Assembly: GCA_963848305.1 (NCBI GenBank)
Contig: CAWKDC010000001.1
Location: 704,001 to 768,000, forward strand
Direction: 5' to 3'
Length of the DNA: 64,000 nucleotides
Source: an uncultured Gammaproteobacteria bacterium
GTDB lineage: Bacteria > Pseudomonadota > Gammaproteobacteria > JABCZS01
Each line of letters starts with the position of its first letter. Positions within the stretch are counted from its first letter, which is position 1. The translations under genes and the position numbers were made by a program. Positions 42,733-54,036 of this stretch are shown here, piece by piece. A model generated the notes under the pieces. That model had not been told where the DNA came from. It saw only the letters and a list, made by a program, of their open reading frames with translations, and did not search any database.

Positions 42733-43926
42733 CTATTGCAACTGCGGATATTCCGGAAATGACATCGGCTCCCACACGGTGTCAAAGTTCCAACCATACG
42801 ATTCATACAGTGATTGGGTTTGCATTTCCTGAGTGGTTTTGCCCATGCCGCCGCCAAAAGACCCTAATTGTCTGGTTGTTTCTACATCCCAGAAACTACT
42901 TTTAACGAGAAAACCTGGATCGTCCGAATAACCTATTAGGCCACCTTGAGCACCGCCAACACCGGTCATACTCACTTTGCCAACCGCGTAAGCATGGGTA
43001 ACGTCCGAATAACTGATTTCGCCAATTAATCCACCGACTTTGGTGTTAGCTGTCACATTGCCCGTCGCATAAGCTTCCGAGATTATCGTGGCAGTTGCAC
43101 TGCCCACGAGGCCCCCTGCAGCACCTATTCCGGTGACATTTGTTTCGGCATAGGATTCATTGATCGACACAATATTCGATGATTGTCCAATCAAACCACC
43201 CACAGCATCAACCCCGTCTACTGAGCCCAGTGCATAACTACCCCAGATTGCGACCACGGCTTTATCGCGTCCATCCCCACCAATGGCTGTCCCCACTAAT
43301 CCACCTACCTGCCCAGCCCCCTGAATCGTGCTGTTTGAAAAAGAATCTACGATCGAGGTGAAATCTCTGGGTCCTGCCATCAGGGCACCTACCAAGCCAC
43401 CCACTGAATCGCCATAAGGCGCGCTGATCGTCACTTGACTCGACGAATCGGAAATGAAGGTATCGATGATAATTCCCGCTAATCCTCCCACTTGGTCGTT
43501 GCCCGATACAGTGCCAGAAACCGTATTGTTGGATAAAGCCGATCGAGATGGCTCGCGGCTGCCGCCGACCAGGATTCCAACACTATCACGACCATTCACG
43601 ACGGCATCCACGATAACCATGTTGGTAATCCCGACGGAATGAATAGCACCAAATAATCCGACATAATCCCTGTTTTCTTGATTTATCGTTAATCCAATGA
43701 CCGGCACATTATTTCCATTGAAACGCCCAGTAAATGCTTGATTTTCATCACCGATAGGCTGAAAATCAATGCCTTCGCAATTGATTTGATCACCCACCAA
43801 TTCATACTCGGCTGATAAATCGGTGATGCTTTGCAACGCTTCACAAGAGTCAATTGGGATGATATCTGAGGCAAAAGCATTCAGAGAAACTGAAGCCAAA
43901 ATCACTAAAAAAGATTGTCGGGACAT
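42733..43926 (-). CDS. Secreted GLUG-motif repeat protein
   Basis: Signal peptide, FQPIG...FTGRFNGN, repeated VGGL(V/I)G, SSFWDVETT...GKTTQEM. Confidence 0.88.
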   Translation of the reverse strand: MSRQSFLVILASVSLNAFASDIIPIDSCEALQSITDLSAEYELVGDQINCEGIDFQPIGDENQAFTGRFNGNNVPVIGLTINQENRDYVGLFGAIHSVGITNMVIVDAVVNGRDSVGILVGGSREPSRSALSNNTVSGTVSGNDQVGGLAGIIIDTFISDSSSQVTISAPYGDSVGGLVGALMAGPRDFTSIVDSFSNSTIQGAGQVGGLVGTAIGGDGRDKAVVAIWGSYALGSVDGVDAVGGLIGQSSNIVSINESYAETNVTGIGAAGGLVGSATATIISEAYATGNVTANTKVGGLIGEISYSDVTHAYAVGKVSMTGVGGAQGGLIGYSDDPGFLVKSSFWDVETTRQLGSFGGGMGKTTQEMQTQSLYESYGWNFDTVWEPMSFPEYPQLQ

Positions 43927-44189
43927 ACATGAGCTCCTGGTATAATGCCTGAGGACTCAAGCATTATAACTGAGTCGAAATCTGAAAGCTATGACCACAG
44001 CGTGACCATGCAAATCAATAGGATGGGTGTGATGATGCCATACTCTCGCACCTGAAGTGAATTAATAAAGTTTTTATATATTTATCTTATACTTGGAAAT
44101 ATTAAACGACATCATATACTGTGCCATCAAGATTCGTTAACCAAGGCATTGCCTTTGTACCCCCTTTTCTCCGCCCATCTCCCATCTAT

Positions 44190-44328
44190 TGATCAGTGCA
44201 GCGGCCTGCCGTTTGGCACGTTTCAGTGTATCTGCGCTTGCACCCTTTACTTTTGGCAATGCATCAAGGTCACACGCTGCCATATCACTGATTGTTCTGA
44301 CCCCTACTTTTCTTAACTCTTCCATTGA
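44190..44328 (-). pseudogene. Isolated 139-bp fragment of a TM0106-family gene
   Basis: Colinear with 38856-38994; encodes EELRKVGVRTISDMAACDLDALPKVKGAS. Confidence 0.85.
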
Positions 44329-44351
44329 CGTTGTTAGGGTTTGAGGTGCCA

Positions 44352-47300
44352 TTAAACAACAGAGACCGCATTTTTATTATCATTGCCCTCTGAGGATGTT
44401 GTCTGTCCAGACGTCGTCGCCGCATATGCAAATGTCAATGGTGAACTGATAGACTTCGTAGGACTGTTTGGCGATGAAAAGCTTGAACGATTGGATGTGG
44501 TTTGATCGGTGTAGGTGTCTTCACAAGACAAATCACTCGGAGAGTACGATGAACCGGGTGTGCTCATCGCATTCGATACTTGAATTTCCTCGACAGGTTT
44601 ATCGAAGGTGACATATTGGAAAACAAATTGTTCCACAGGCACGACTGCGTCGTAATAATAGCTATGCACCGTTTTTCTTATAGTAACTACAGGTGTTGTT
44701 AGGATTGAAAGATTGCAAAATGTAATGCCACATATCCTAGTATCCCCATAGACGACTGGTGCAAAATCATCAATATTTATAGCAACACTCAGCATATTCA
44801 CAATGGCCCAAATTTCAGGACGCCTGTCATCTGGACGACGAGGGTATGTTCTAACATGCGAATCATTAGGATTAGACTCCAAGTATTCTGCCACCGCAGA
44901 TTTTAATTTCTCAGGAGTGCAGGCTTTTTCGTGCTTCATGGCAAATAAAGCATACGAGATACTTTCGTAAAAAGAGTCTGGCGTTTGAGACATTTTGACC
45001 AGCACACGCTCCCAACCCAGAGGTCTGGACCCGACTCGCCCGGTATCTTGTCCGTCACCGTTTTAAATCTCGCCATGAGATAAGCAGACCGCGCAGGTAT
45101 TCCCACCTCGCAGGTGAATCTTTCTTTTCGAGGAGTATCCTTCCCGAACAGACATGTTTTAGGCTCAATGTTGAGCGCCGTTTCAAGCAACTCCAAATAT
45201 GATTCAAATCTATTGAGCTGCCCCCAAGTAACCGTGTATTCCTCTTCGCGTTTTTCATAATAGGCAATGTCTCTTCTCCATGATGTAATGTATTCCTTAT
45301 GATTTTTGATATCCCTTTCAATACATGCTTCTTTCTTTTTTAATGTATTGACACTGCTCCATGTCAACGAAGTGACCTCCTCATCTGCGGCTTTTATACA
45401 TTTTAAAAGCTCATGTTTATCCGTATCGGAGAGGTTCACCTTTAACTTAGAATCATCTCGATTTTCAACTAAATACTTTAATGCGTAGAGTTCCCTTGTA
45501 AAACGACTGAGAATCTGAGGTCCACTTTCTTCGGGATATTCAGGCGGTGCTTTGTAAAGAACAATGGCATCATTGTTGGGTGATTCGGCCTGCTCCATGA
45601 GTCTCTGAAGCTCTGCTCTGAGGGGCTTGACTCTTTCATCCTCTTTTATCTCCAAATAATGTTTATCGAACCACAGATCTATTTGAGATTTAGCATGTAC
45701 CTTAAGCGTGGCCACGTATGCCATCAAGGATATTACATTGTCAGTTTCCAGTTGCCAAAGCTTCGGAATAACCTTTTCAAGGATCTCTGCATCAATATAT
45801 TGTGCACTTTTTTGCTCTGCCCATTCGTTGAATTTTACAAAAATAGCATTTGCAATGCGTTTATTTTTCTCACCCCATTTTTTTGTCGTATCAGGATGAT
45901 ATTCATGGGATAAGCTTTTACGCAATTTCTCAAATGATTCTTTGTCTCCATTAAATGGCTTTAGCTCGTTGTCATATTTATCAAACCATGCATTCACACG
46001 TTTGTATGTTTGACAAAATGCTGATTCAATCTCATTAATTCTGAATTTGATGTCTGGACGTGTGCTCAGCTCAAGAGGCAGTGTCGTTACGGCCCTGTTG
46101 ACTGATGCTTGATAAGTCTTAAGAATGCCCCTCATGACGGAGGCAGAATAATCAAATTCATTGATTTGGTCAATAAGTGCTGCGCGTGCAATATCTTCTA
46201 TTTTTTCCAGCTCACTCAAAAATTGTTTCTCCTGCATTTGCTGTTGAAAAAGGGTCCCTTTTTCCTTAAGACCTGCTAACTGCACTTGGTACTTATCAAA
46301 CAACGCTCTGGCAAAATTTGTATCAGGATCAGTGCCTTCTAATTTGACCGTCTCGCGAAGATCCTTGAGAAAAATCATCATCTCACAGGGAAGGCTCAGC
46401 AAAGCCTCTGCATTATTGTATGTGCTAGCTTGCACAGCGGAAGCACTTAAGGCAGCCTCTGAATGCTGAAGAATCTCGCCAAATGCCATGTCCAATTCTC
46501 GAAATAGATCATCCACATCCCGTTGGATCTCAGGATGTCCCAACCAAACAAATAAGTTTTCATCACCACGGCTGCCACTCAGATCGGAAATTTTGGCTTG
46601 CTTTTGCACAGCTTGGATGAGCTGCGCGACAAGGCAAAGAATAAGCTGCACTTTAATTTGGGGAGTATTTTCTTCAGGCATGCAACGGAATGCTTGACGA
46701 ATGGATCCACAGACTGATGCAATAATTTCAAACGGACATGCATCATCATTCTCGATACTTTTCGGCCCGTTCTTCCGGAGTCATTACTTCAAGCTCTACT
46801 AAACGTCTTCCACATTCTGTTCGATACTGCCTCAAGCGTTGTCTTTGATTTTTTCTGAGGCTGGTTAAAGCAGAAATATCCTCAACATCAAACAAGGTAA
46901 CAGCTCTGTTGTTAAATTTTCTAATGATGCTACGAGAGTCGTTTGCGAAGGCTTCGATATTGATCTTGTCGCTTTTTCGAGCTTTTTTAAAAACTTCGGT
47001 GATTTCGCCATACTTCCGATCTGCAGCATTTTGCAAATATTCAGCACCAAGTGCAATGGCACATTGTTGTATGTCTTCAGCTCTGCTTTTGATGCGTTCG
47101 AGTTGAATCGCTCCTGATACGCCGTTAACATAGATCCCAGACAAATTATATACACTCAATTGCTGAACATGTTCTAGCAGTCGTTTATATTGCTTTTGCC
47201 ATTTACAAAATTGCGGATCAGCATCTGAAAAAAAAGAATTCACACATCCTTCTTTTTTTCCAAGAAGTCCTGTATAACCAGAGCTCATCACGACACGAAT

Positions 47301-47906
47301 TAATTCATTGATTATTTTGACAATAGATTCCCGTTCCGTATCTGTAGGTTGCTTCAGCTCATTGTTAGGGATAGCCAATGGTGTTTTCATCTCGTCTTGC
47401 CTCTCGCTGGTTGTGGGCTTCTTCGGTGCACATGGCTGCAGGGCATTGCGTACCAGGGTGAACAATTGACATAATGCACCAAAACTTTTTCCCATAAAAG
47501 TTGATCTCATGTAAACCCAAAAAGGAGCTGCACTGTTTGACTTGAAAGTATGCAGAATCGCTGATTCCCCTGGGCGCAGCAAGGAAAGTTGCATGTTGCC
47601 ATCATACAATTTTTTGAGTGCTCCTAATAAATAACGTTGGTTATCTTTCAAATCAATTTGATACCACCAACGGTATAAGGAAGGGAAAAACCACCAAGTA
47701 CCTGCTAGCTCATGGGCCATGCACTTATCAATTCGCTCATGAAGCCTTGGAAGTTCTGAAGATGACTTATCTCTGACGTCAGGCCACAGCGCTTGATGAG
47801 CGATCTTATATTGTCTGTCAAAGTCTGGTTGCATGTTTAAACGCAGACAAGCAAGATCTAAATCATCTTGTGACAACGCATGTGAAACATCATTTCTGCT
47901 GCCCAT
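44352..47906 (-). CDS. Large effector-like protein (~1185 aa if ORFs 46746..47906, 44936..46681 and 44352..45005 are joined) with J-domain-like HPD and degenerate OTU-like C-terminus
   Basis: The downstream frames are open across both junctions (to ~46780 and ~45062). RKSLSHEYHPD; PDSFYESISYAL...RPEIWAIVNML. Confidence 0.6.
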
Positions 47907-47999
47907 GACGTATGCTCCGTTTTGAATACTTACTAGTCTATCACATAACCCCCACGGAAATAAATCCTTAAGGGGATTATACAGAGCATAGCCTATGCA

Positions 48000-50900
48000 T
48001 CAATTGCGGCGCTCAGGTGGCCGTAGACTACTCCCTGGTTGCCAGTCACCCCTATTGGGTTGTGTGAAATATACCCCAGAACTTCTACCTGGCCCCCTAA
48101 GGCCAGGTGAGAGAGGGGTAGGTAGGGTTAGGGGTCGATTTAAGGGGGGAGATTGAGTTGGGGATGTGCCTGCAGGAGTTAGTTGGCTAGCGCCTTGAGT
48201 AATAGATGAACCATTGGGTAGCAATGACTTATAAAATCCACCAGCCGTAAGTTCCAAATGAATTTTATGTGGAGATTCTGAGCCATACCGATGTACCCGT
48301 CCATCGGATTCTCGAACATGAATATGAAGAGAGAATATTCGTACCAAAGCCCATATTTCAGGTTTTCCCGCTGAAATTGTGCCTTCTGTAATCCCTTGCA
48401 AATGAATAGTCAGTGCTGCATCGTCCCTGATTGCACCCAAAAAATACATACTACGGTTTGCATTCATATGCTCTATCACCTGTTCTTTTATCCGGCTGGC
48501 AGTCAAAATACCACGATACCTAATATGATTTAACTGTGATTCAACTGCCATAAAAAAGGAGTTATTGTCCTCAGGAAATTCCAGAGGATACAAATCGTTT
48601 ATAGGATGTGACGAACCCTGAGCACTTTCACCTTCCACACTACCTCCCTGGCACTTACCAACCTCTCCACGCAGACGATCATGCTCTACCAGCAACGGTT
48701 GCAGCTCTCTTTGAAATTGGCTTAAGGCATATTCATCATGCTTTCTCCCAAATTGACCCGGCTCACGTCTATACTTTGTCGCCACTTCATGCAGCTGAAG
48801 TATAATATTACGATAGTTTTCGATGGGGAAAGGGTGTATAGCTTGGTTTTTCATCATTGCCTCGATATACTCAACGAAAGGTAAATCACTTTTGACAGAA
48901 TGTCTCGCAAGCGCTACTTGAGCAATATTCTGGTAGATTTTGATAATATCCCGTGTCTTGTCGAAGCTCACAACGGCATTCCTTAATGCAATATTTTCGT
49001 CATTTGTCAGCTCTGATTGAGGAAGTTTAGATCTGCCCGCTGTAAGTTCGAGGGCATCTTTCACATAGGTCATATGTGAACGCATACTCACCGTTATGAG
49101 TGTCACGAAAAACAGAGCGCGAAGCCTTGATAACTCTATCCTCCTCCTTTTCAGCGCTGCAATCTTTCCAGCATTTTGTTCGTCTGATAGGATTGTAGAC
49201 TCAGGTGCCCCTATTAATGCATTCAAATAGGCAATTTCTTCGCCGGCTGAATAGAAAGGGTTAATAAAGTATACTTTGTCAATCATGACCAATTGTTTAA
49301 AATGAGACATGATATAGTTAATTTTTTGATCAAAGCTTATCAAATAATCGACCTGACCAGTGCTGAACACCCCAGGATCTGGAACGGTATTGAATAATCC
49401 ATTAGGACTATATACCGTCATTCTGGTTTTATCCTTTTGAGCTCTTTCTGGATCCACGCCATCTGGCTTAGGTGCGTCTTCCAATTTAGTATAAGCATGG
49501 AAAGCCGCAATGAAGGAAGATTCTTGCTCCAGCCAGCGGTGATTTGCCACACCACTGATCAACTGATTATCCAATGAAATTCGAGTGATCATAAGTGCGC
49601 CTAACTCATCATCACGATAAAGTTGAGTAACAACATCCACGGGCCGTGTACCATGAACATTTTGCATGCCCGGATCAACCCCTAGCATGAGCAGCCCTCT
49701 AACCATGGGAAGATTTTTCCACGGGTTATCGCTCTGAAGCGCGATATGTAATAAATTATTCCCATGCTCATAAATAGTCTCAGGACTCACTGTGGGAGGA
49801 TATTTCCCAAAGAATTCATACAAAAAATCCCCATCACTGAGGCCAAGGTTACTACGCAACTCCTGAAATCCTTGAATATTACCTTGCCCAATGATTTCAA
49901 TGAGATCAGTCTTGTATTTATTTGCAAACTCGTCCTTACCTTCCAGAAAAGTACCTATGTTGATTCTGTCATTGATGCACCTACCCAGCATTGAGGAATC
50001 TCTCAGGCCGACCAACTCAGAAAGTGCATTAAGTACTGCTTCATTTGCACTGCACTCCCCTTCCAGTTCTGTCAATATATTGGACAAAGTTACAATACTT
50101 TGCCTAATGCCACCCCCGACGGTCATCAACTGTACCGCAGTATAGGGCAGCTGATATTCTTCAACCATATCTACATATTCAGCTATTTTTTGTTCAGTGT
50201 TTTTAGGAACAACTTGCAAATCATCAGTGATAAAGTCTTGTTCTCGTTTGTCAGCTGCACTCCTAGTATATTCAAGGATCAACGTTTTTTTGTATTCATC
50301 AAATATTTTCTCTAAGACCTTTTGTAGGATTGTCAATTTATCTGCGTCATCTGTTTCATTCCACAATGGAAATACCCGGCCTCTGAGCACAGAAGCTGCG
50401 CTCAAATATTCCAATAAATTCAAAATGCGTCGCAAGATACCTGATCTAACAGCTAACCGCTGGGTCGCTTTTTCAATATCTTGCAAATCCTTCAACTGCC
50501 TAATCTCAAGTTTTTTTCTGAGGTCAGAGTCTTTAATAAGATATCTGAGCACATTCCACAAATTATTTTCAGTCGCTTCCTTCGCAGTCTTCTCATAAAA
50601 TGATTGAAGCTCACCACCTTTTCGTGCGTAAACATCTGCTGCCAGCGGATCAAAATCATCGGATGGAGTCATTTTATAACTGGCACGCCCCATGACAACA
50701 CCACTAGATTTCTCCTTGTCTTTAACTTTTTCATGATGCAACTTTTTAAGTGTATCTTTAGAAACATGCTCATGTTTTGACAATACTTCAAGACGTTCAA
50801 ACTGATTGCCTTCTGTGAAAAAAATATGCATGTCACGTTTTGTTTTTATTTTATTTTTTGAAAGCCATTCATAGAAATCCACTGCTTCACTGGATTCTGA

Positions 50901-52562
50901 ATTGAGTGAGGAAAATAAGGATAATAAGGAAAATGCAGTTTCACTATTTGAGGATCCGGAAACAAGAACTTTGGCACGCGCTATATTCAGATAATCATCA
51001 TTTTTTTTGCTCCATGTGGTTCTCCTCCACATGTTCAATTTAATACCTTTCAAGGTTGCGTATGCGAGCAAAACCAGTGGATGCGACCACCCTTGTTCAA
51101 CTTTTTGTTGAATTAAATCATAGTGTAAATAGGCATGAATCAAATAAGGATCCATTACCAATGCATCAAAAAAACGTTTACCTGCTGCCGGGGAGTCTCC
51201 ATTTGGATTAACATGATCTTTCAGCACATCCAGAATGTTGCGATTGACCAAATTCGTTCCCCTCAAACCATCGCGAATATCCCTATGCAATTCTTCGGAT
51301 GCTAAGTAATCATTAACATTTGTTTGACTGATCCGCTCTTTTAATGTTTGAGGTAATGCTTCCGATACTAAATACTGATAAAAATCTTGTTTAACCACTG
51401 CTAGCCGCAATGCATCCTTGACAATTTTCTTGACGATACTATGTTGATTGGGGACTAATGGCGTTTCATTTGAAGTGCAAGGTATCCATAAATTTTCTGA
51501 TAACAACTGATATGCTTCTTCACGGGTAGCACCGAAGGCCATAAAACTTTTATCTTGACGAGTCGGGAGAGGGCAAACAGTGTATTCATTGGGTTGTGCG
51601 CCAGGCTTCATGCGCCGAAGCTGTTTCTTGGAAGACTGATCCAAAAAGACTTCTTCACCATGTACCCCGAAGGAACTCACAAGATGATCAGTTTCGTCAG
51701 CTTGTGGATTAGGTGCAGGGTGATCTGAAGATTCACTTGGATCTTCAGTAAATAAAACACGTTGTCCTTCATCGATATCTTCTTTATAGTCTGTTAATTC
51801 AATGAAGCTGTCCTCGAGTATTGATAGTTTGTTGGATCCGTTGTTTTCTCCACTCTGTGAAGTGATTGACAACGTTTTCTGATCCAGTTTGGCCACAGCA
51901 CGCAAAACACAGATGGGTGATGCCCCGTGATTCACTTTACCCATGGATACGTCAAATCGAATATATGCGATGTACACTAGATCATGTTGGGGTAAGCATC
52001 TCTTTTCTTCATCAGTTAATGTTCTCTTTTCTTGAACCTCTGCAACCAGTGAAGCCACAGGCGTGACCAATGTTTCGAGTAATGCATCATCATTGACATA
52101 TTTTCTTACCTCCTGCTCTTGCTCATGAATATTCCTTGTTTGATTGATATGATCTCGGATCACTGGATCATTGATGATATGACCTATTTCAGAGGCGCGA
52201 CGCAGTTTCTCTTTCTTCGGTTGTACCGGTAATGTTTCACCGGGTTTATCTTTAGAAATAATGTCATGAAAAACAAGAAAATTCACGAACGAGTCCGTTT
52301 CTAAGGCAGCATCGACCGCTGGTTTAATCATTTCCTTGATTGACGCTAGGTGGCGCGTCATCAAACTGGCAGTTTCACGCCTAGACATCCCAAAAATGGC
52401 GTACACCCCATCGCCTTCTTCCCCTACAGGTCGTCGTATAAAATGATTTTCATGGTCATGGGTATATTCATATGTTTCATTGGTCACACTGAGGCCAGTG
52501 AGTTCAGCTAGATTGATTTTTTCTTCTGCATTAGCACGGTTAGATGCGCTGAATGAAAACAT
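48000..52562 (-). CDS. 1520-aa effector-like protein with ankyrin repeat and degenerate OTU-like domains
   Basis: HGNNLLHIA...GVDPGMQNVHGTRPVD (ankyrin); PEDNNSFFMAV...AGKPEIWAL...GGFYKSL (OTU-like); Pro/Ser-rich tail; AGGAG RBS. Confidence 0.8.
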   Translation of the reverse strand: MFSFSASNRANAEEKINLAELTGLSVTNETYEYTHDHENHFIRRPVGEEGDGVYAIFGMSRRETASLMTRHLASIKEMIKPAVDAALETDSFVNFLVFHDIISKDKPGETLPVQPKKEKLRRASEIGHIINDPVIRDHINQTRNIHEQEQEVRKYVNDDALLETLVTPVASLVAEVQEKRTLTDEEKRCLPQHDLVYIAYIRFDVSMGKVNHGASPICVLRAVAKLDQKTLSITSQSGENNGSNKLSILEDSFIELTDYKEDIDEGQRVLFTEDPSESSDHPAPNPQADETDHLVSSFGVHGEEVFLDQSSKKQLRRMKPGAQPNEYTVCPLPTRQDKSFMAFGATREEAYQLLSENLWIPCTSNETPLVPNQHSIVKKIVKDALRLAVVKQDFYQYLVSEALPQTLKERISQTNVNDYLASEELHRDIRDGLRGTNLVNRNILDVLKDHVNPNGDSPAAGKRFFDALVMDPYLIHAYLHYDLIQQKVEQGWSHPLVLLAYATLKGIKLNMWRRTTWSKKNDDYLNIARAKVLVSGSSNSETAFSLLSLFSSLNSESSEAVDFYEWLSKNKIKTKRDMHIFFTEGNQFERLEVLSKHEHVSKDTLKKLHHEKVKDKEKSSGVVMGRASYKMTPSDDFDPLAADVYARKGGELQSFYEKTAKEATENNLWNVLRYLIKDSDLRKKLEIRQLKDLQDIEKATQRLAVRSGILRRILNLLEYLSAASVLRGRVFPLWNETDDADKLTILQKVLEKIFDEYKKTLILEYTRSAADKREQDFITDDLQVVPKNTEQKIAEYVDMVEEYQLPYTAVQLMTVGGGIRQSIVTLSNILTELEGECSANEAVLNALSELVGLRDSSMLGRCINDRINIGTFLEGKDEFANKYKTDLIEIIGQGNIQGFQELRSNLGLSDGDFLYEFFGKYPPTVSPETIYEHGNNLLHIALQSDNPWKNLPMVRGLLMLGVDPGMQNVHGTRPVDVVTQLYRDDELGALMITRISLDNQLISGVANHRWLEQESSFIAAFHAYTKLEDAPKPDGVDPERAQKDKTRMTVYSPNGLFNTVPDPGVFSTGQVDYLISFDQKINYIMSHFKQLVMIDKVYFINPFYSAGEEIAYLNALIGAPESTILSDEQNAGKIAALKRRRIELSRLRALFFVTLITVSMRSHMTYVKDALELTAGRSKLPQSELTNDENIALRNAVVSFDKTRDIIKIYQNIAQVALARHSVKSDLPFVEYIEAMMKNQAIHPFPIENYRNIILQLHEVATKYRREPGQFGRKHDEYALSQFQRELQPLLVEHDRLRGEVGKCQGGSVEGESAQGSSHPINDLYPLEFPEDNNSFFMAVESQLNHIRYRGILTASRIKEQVIEHMNANRSMYFLGAIRDDAALTIHLQGITEGTISAGKPEIWALVRIFSLHIHVRESDGRVHRYGSESPHKIHLELTAGGFYKSLLPNGSSITQGASQLTPAGTSPTQSPPLNRPLTLPTPLSPGLRGPGRSSGVYFTQPNRGDWQPGSSLRPPERRN

Positions 52563-52896
52563 ACTATTTCTCCTACAACTGAGTGACTTTAGAGCATATA
52601 CTCTTTTCGGTATCAGCTGATATTATCTCGCATATTAGCAGTGAAAAGCTACAGACAATGTCTGTAAGTTGTGTGAGAGATTGACTATTATAAAGATTTG
52701 TTAATTAGATTCGTTATTATGGCCGTGGGTCCTCTTAACATGGCTAAGCACCCTGTGTAAACCCAACCTTTGCTCTATTGCCGAACATTTCTATTTAGCC
52801 AGGGATAGCACATCTCTAAATCGCGCAAGCGTCCCGGGCACGTATACGTGACCTGGGAACCATTGACATGGGATGTAGGCGCCACGTGTTAATGTC

Positions 52897-54036
52897 CTAA
52901 TCTGGCAAAATAACTGCTTCAGGCAAGCTCATCAATGTTATTTTTTCGCTCAATTTCGTCGAGCGGGCGCCTGGGCAAATAACAAACAAATGATCGAGAT
53001 TCAAATCTGTCATGGCACCATGCATAGATTGCGTGACCCTCGGCTTATCACTGTACTTGAACTCGAATCCATATCGCTTCCCTTTATACTCAAAAAATAA
53101 ATCGAGTTCTGCCCCATTGCTGGTTCTCCAGAAAAAACAATTATCATGCCGAAGCTTGAAAGCCTGAATAATTTGCTCCAGAGCGAATCCTTCCCAAATC
53201 GCACCACATTTAGGATGTCTAATTAATTGTGATTCATTTTCAATTCCCATAAGCGCCATCAAAATACCAGAATCACGGATATATATCTTGGGAGTTTTGA
53301 TTTGTCGCTTTCCGATATTTTCATGCCAGGGTTGAAGTATTCTCACCATGAAGGTACTGGCCAAAATATCCAAGTAATGCCTGATGGAATGACCCGATAC
53401 CCCGAGAGATCTTGATAATTCCTGAGCGTTGAATAGCTGCCCATGTAAATGCGTTAACATCTGCCAAAATCGTTGCAGAGTGAAAGCAGGAATTCGAAAC
53501 CCTAAACTTGGGATATCCCTTTCAAGAAACGTTTGAATAAATGAAATTCGCCATAAATAACTTGTCGACGCATCTTCCGCCAAATAAGACCTTGGGAAAC
53601 CTCCACGCAGGAGTAAAAGATGGATATCCTCAACCTCATTCGCCAAAAATGGCGTTAATTCAACATACCCTATCCTGCCTGCCAAAGACTCTGAGGACTG
53701 CTTTAGAAGGTCTAGAGAGGCACTTCCTAGGATCAGATACCTCGCCTCCCCCTTGTCGATCAAAACCCTTAGCATAGGAAAAATCTCTGGCAGTCGTTGG
53801 ATTTCATCGAGGATGACCCAGCCACCCAATCCTTCCAGGGTGGCCCAGGCATTTTCTTTAAGCGCTGCCAAATCAAAAGGATTCTCCAGATCGAAGAAGT
53901 GTGTATCCTGCTGATTTTTTAGGAATAGATTGGAGAGCGTTGTCTTTCCGCATTGCCTAGGCCCTAATAACCCGCAAGCAGGATGTGCCTTGAACTGCAT
54001 TTCAATTGAGTGTAAAAACTGTGGTCTTGGGAGCAT
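52897..54036 (-). CDS. AAA+ ATPase with DUF4143 (COG1373 family)
   Basis: GPRQCGKTT, LDEIQ, LGSAS, ESLAGR, GGFP, KTPKIYIRDSG, ELDL...FEFK. Confidence 0.92.
   Translation of the reverse strand: MLPRPQFLHSIEMQFKAHPACGLLGPRQCGKTTLSNLFLKNQQDTHFFDLENPFDLAALKENAWATLEGLGGWVILDEIQRLPEIFPMLRVLIDKGEARYLILGSASLDLLKQSSESLAGRIGYVELTPFLANEVEDIHLLLLRGGFPRSYLAEDASTSYLWRISFIQTFLERDIPSLGFRIPAFTLQRFWQMLTHLHGQLFNAQELSRSLGVSGHSIRHYLDILASTFMVRILQPWHENIGKRQIKTPKIYIRDSGILMALMGIENESQLIRHPKCGAIWEGFALEQIIQAFKLRHDNCFFWRTSNGAELDLFFEYKGKRYGFEFKYSDKPRVTQSMHGAMTDLNLDHLFVICPGARSTKLSEKITLMSLPEAVILPD

Noticed and set aside
52832-52858. Palindrome around CACGTATACGTG as a link to the fic GTATAC array
   Set aside because: It is a single site with different flanks and is more likely an unrelated hairpin downstream of the ATPase.
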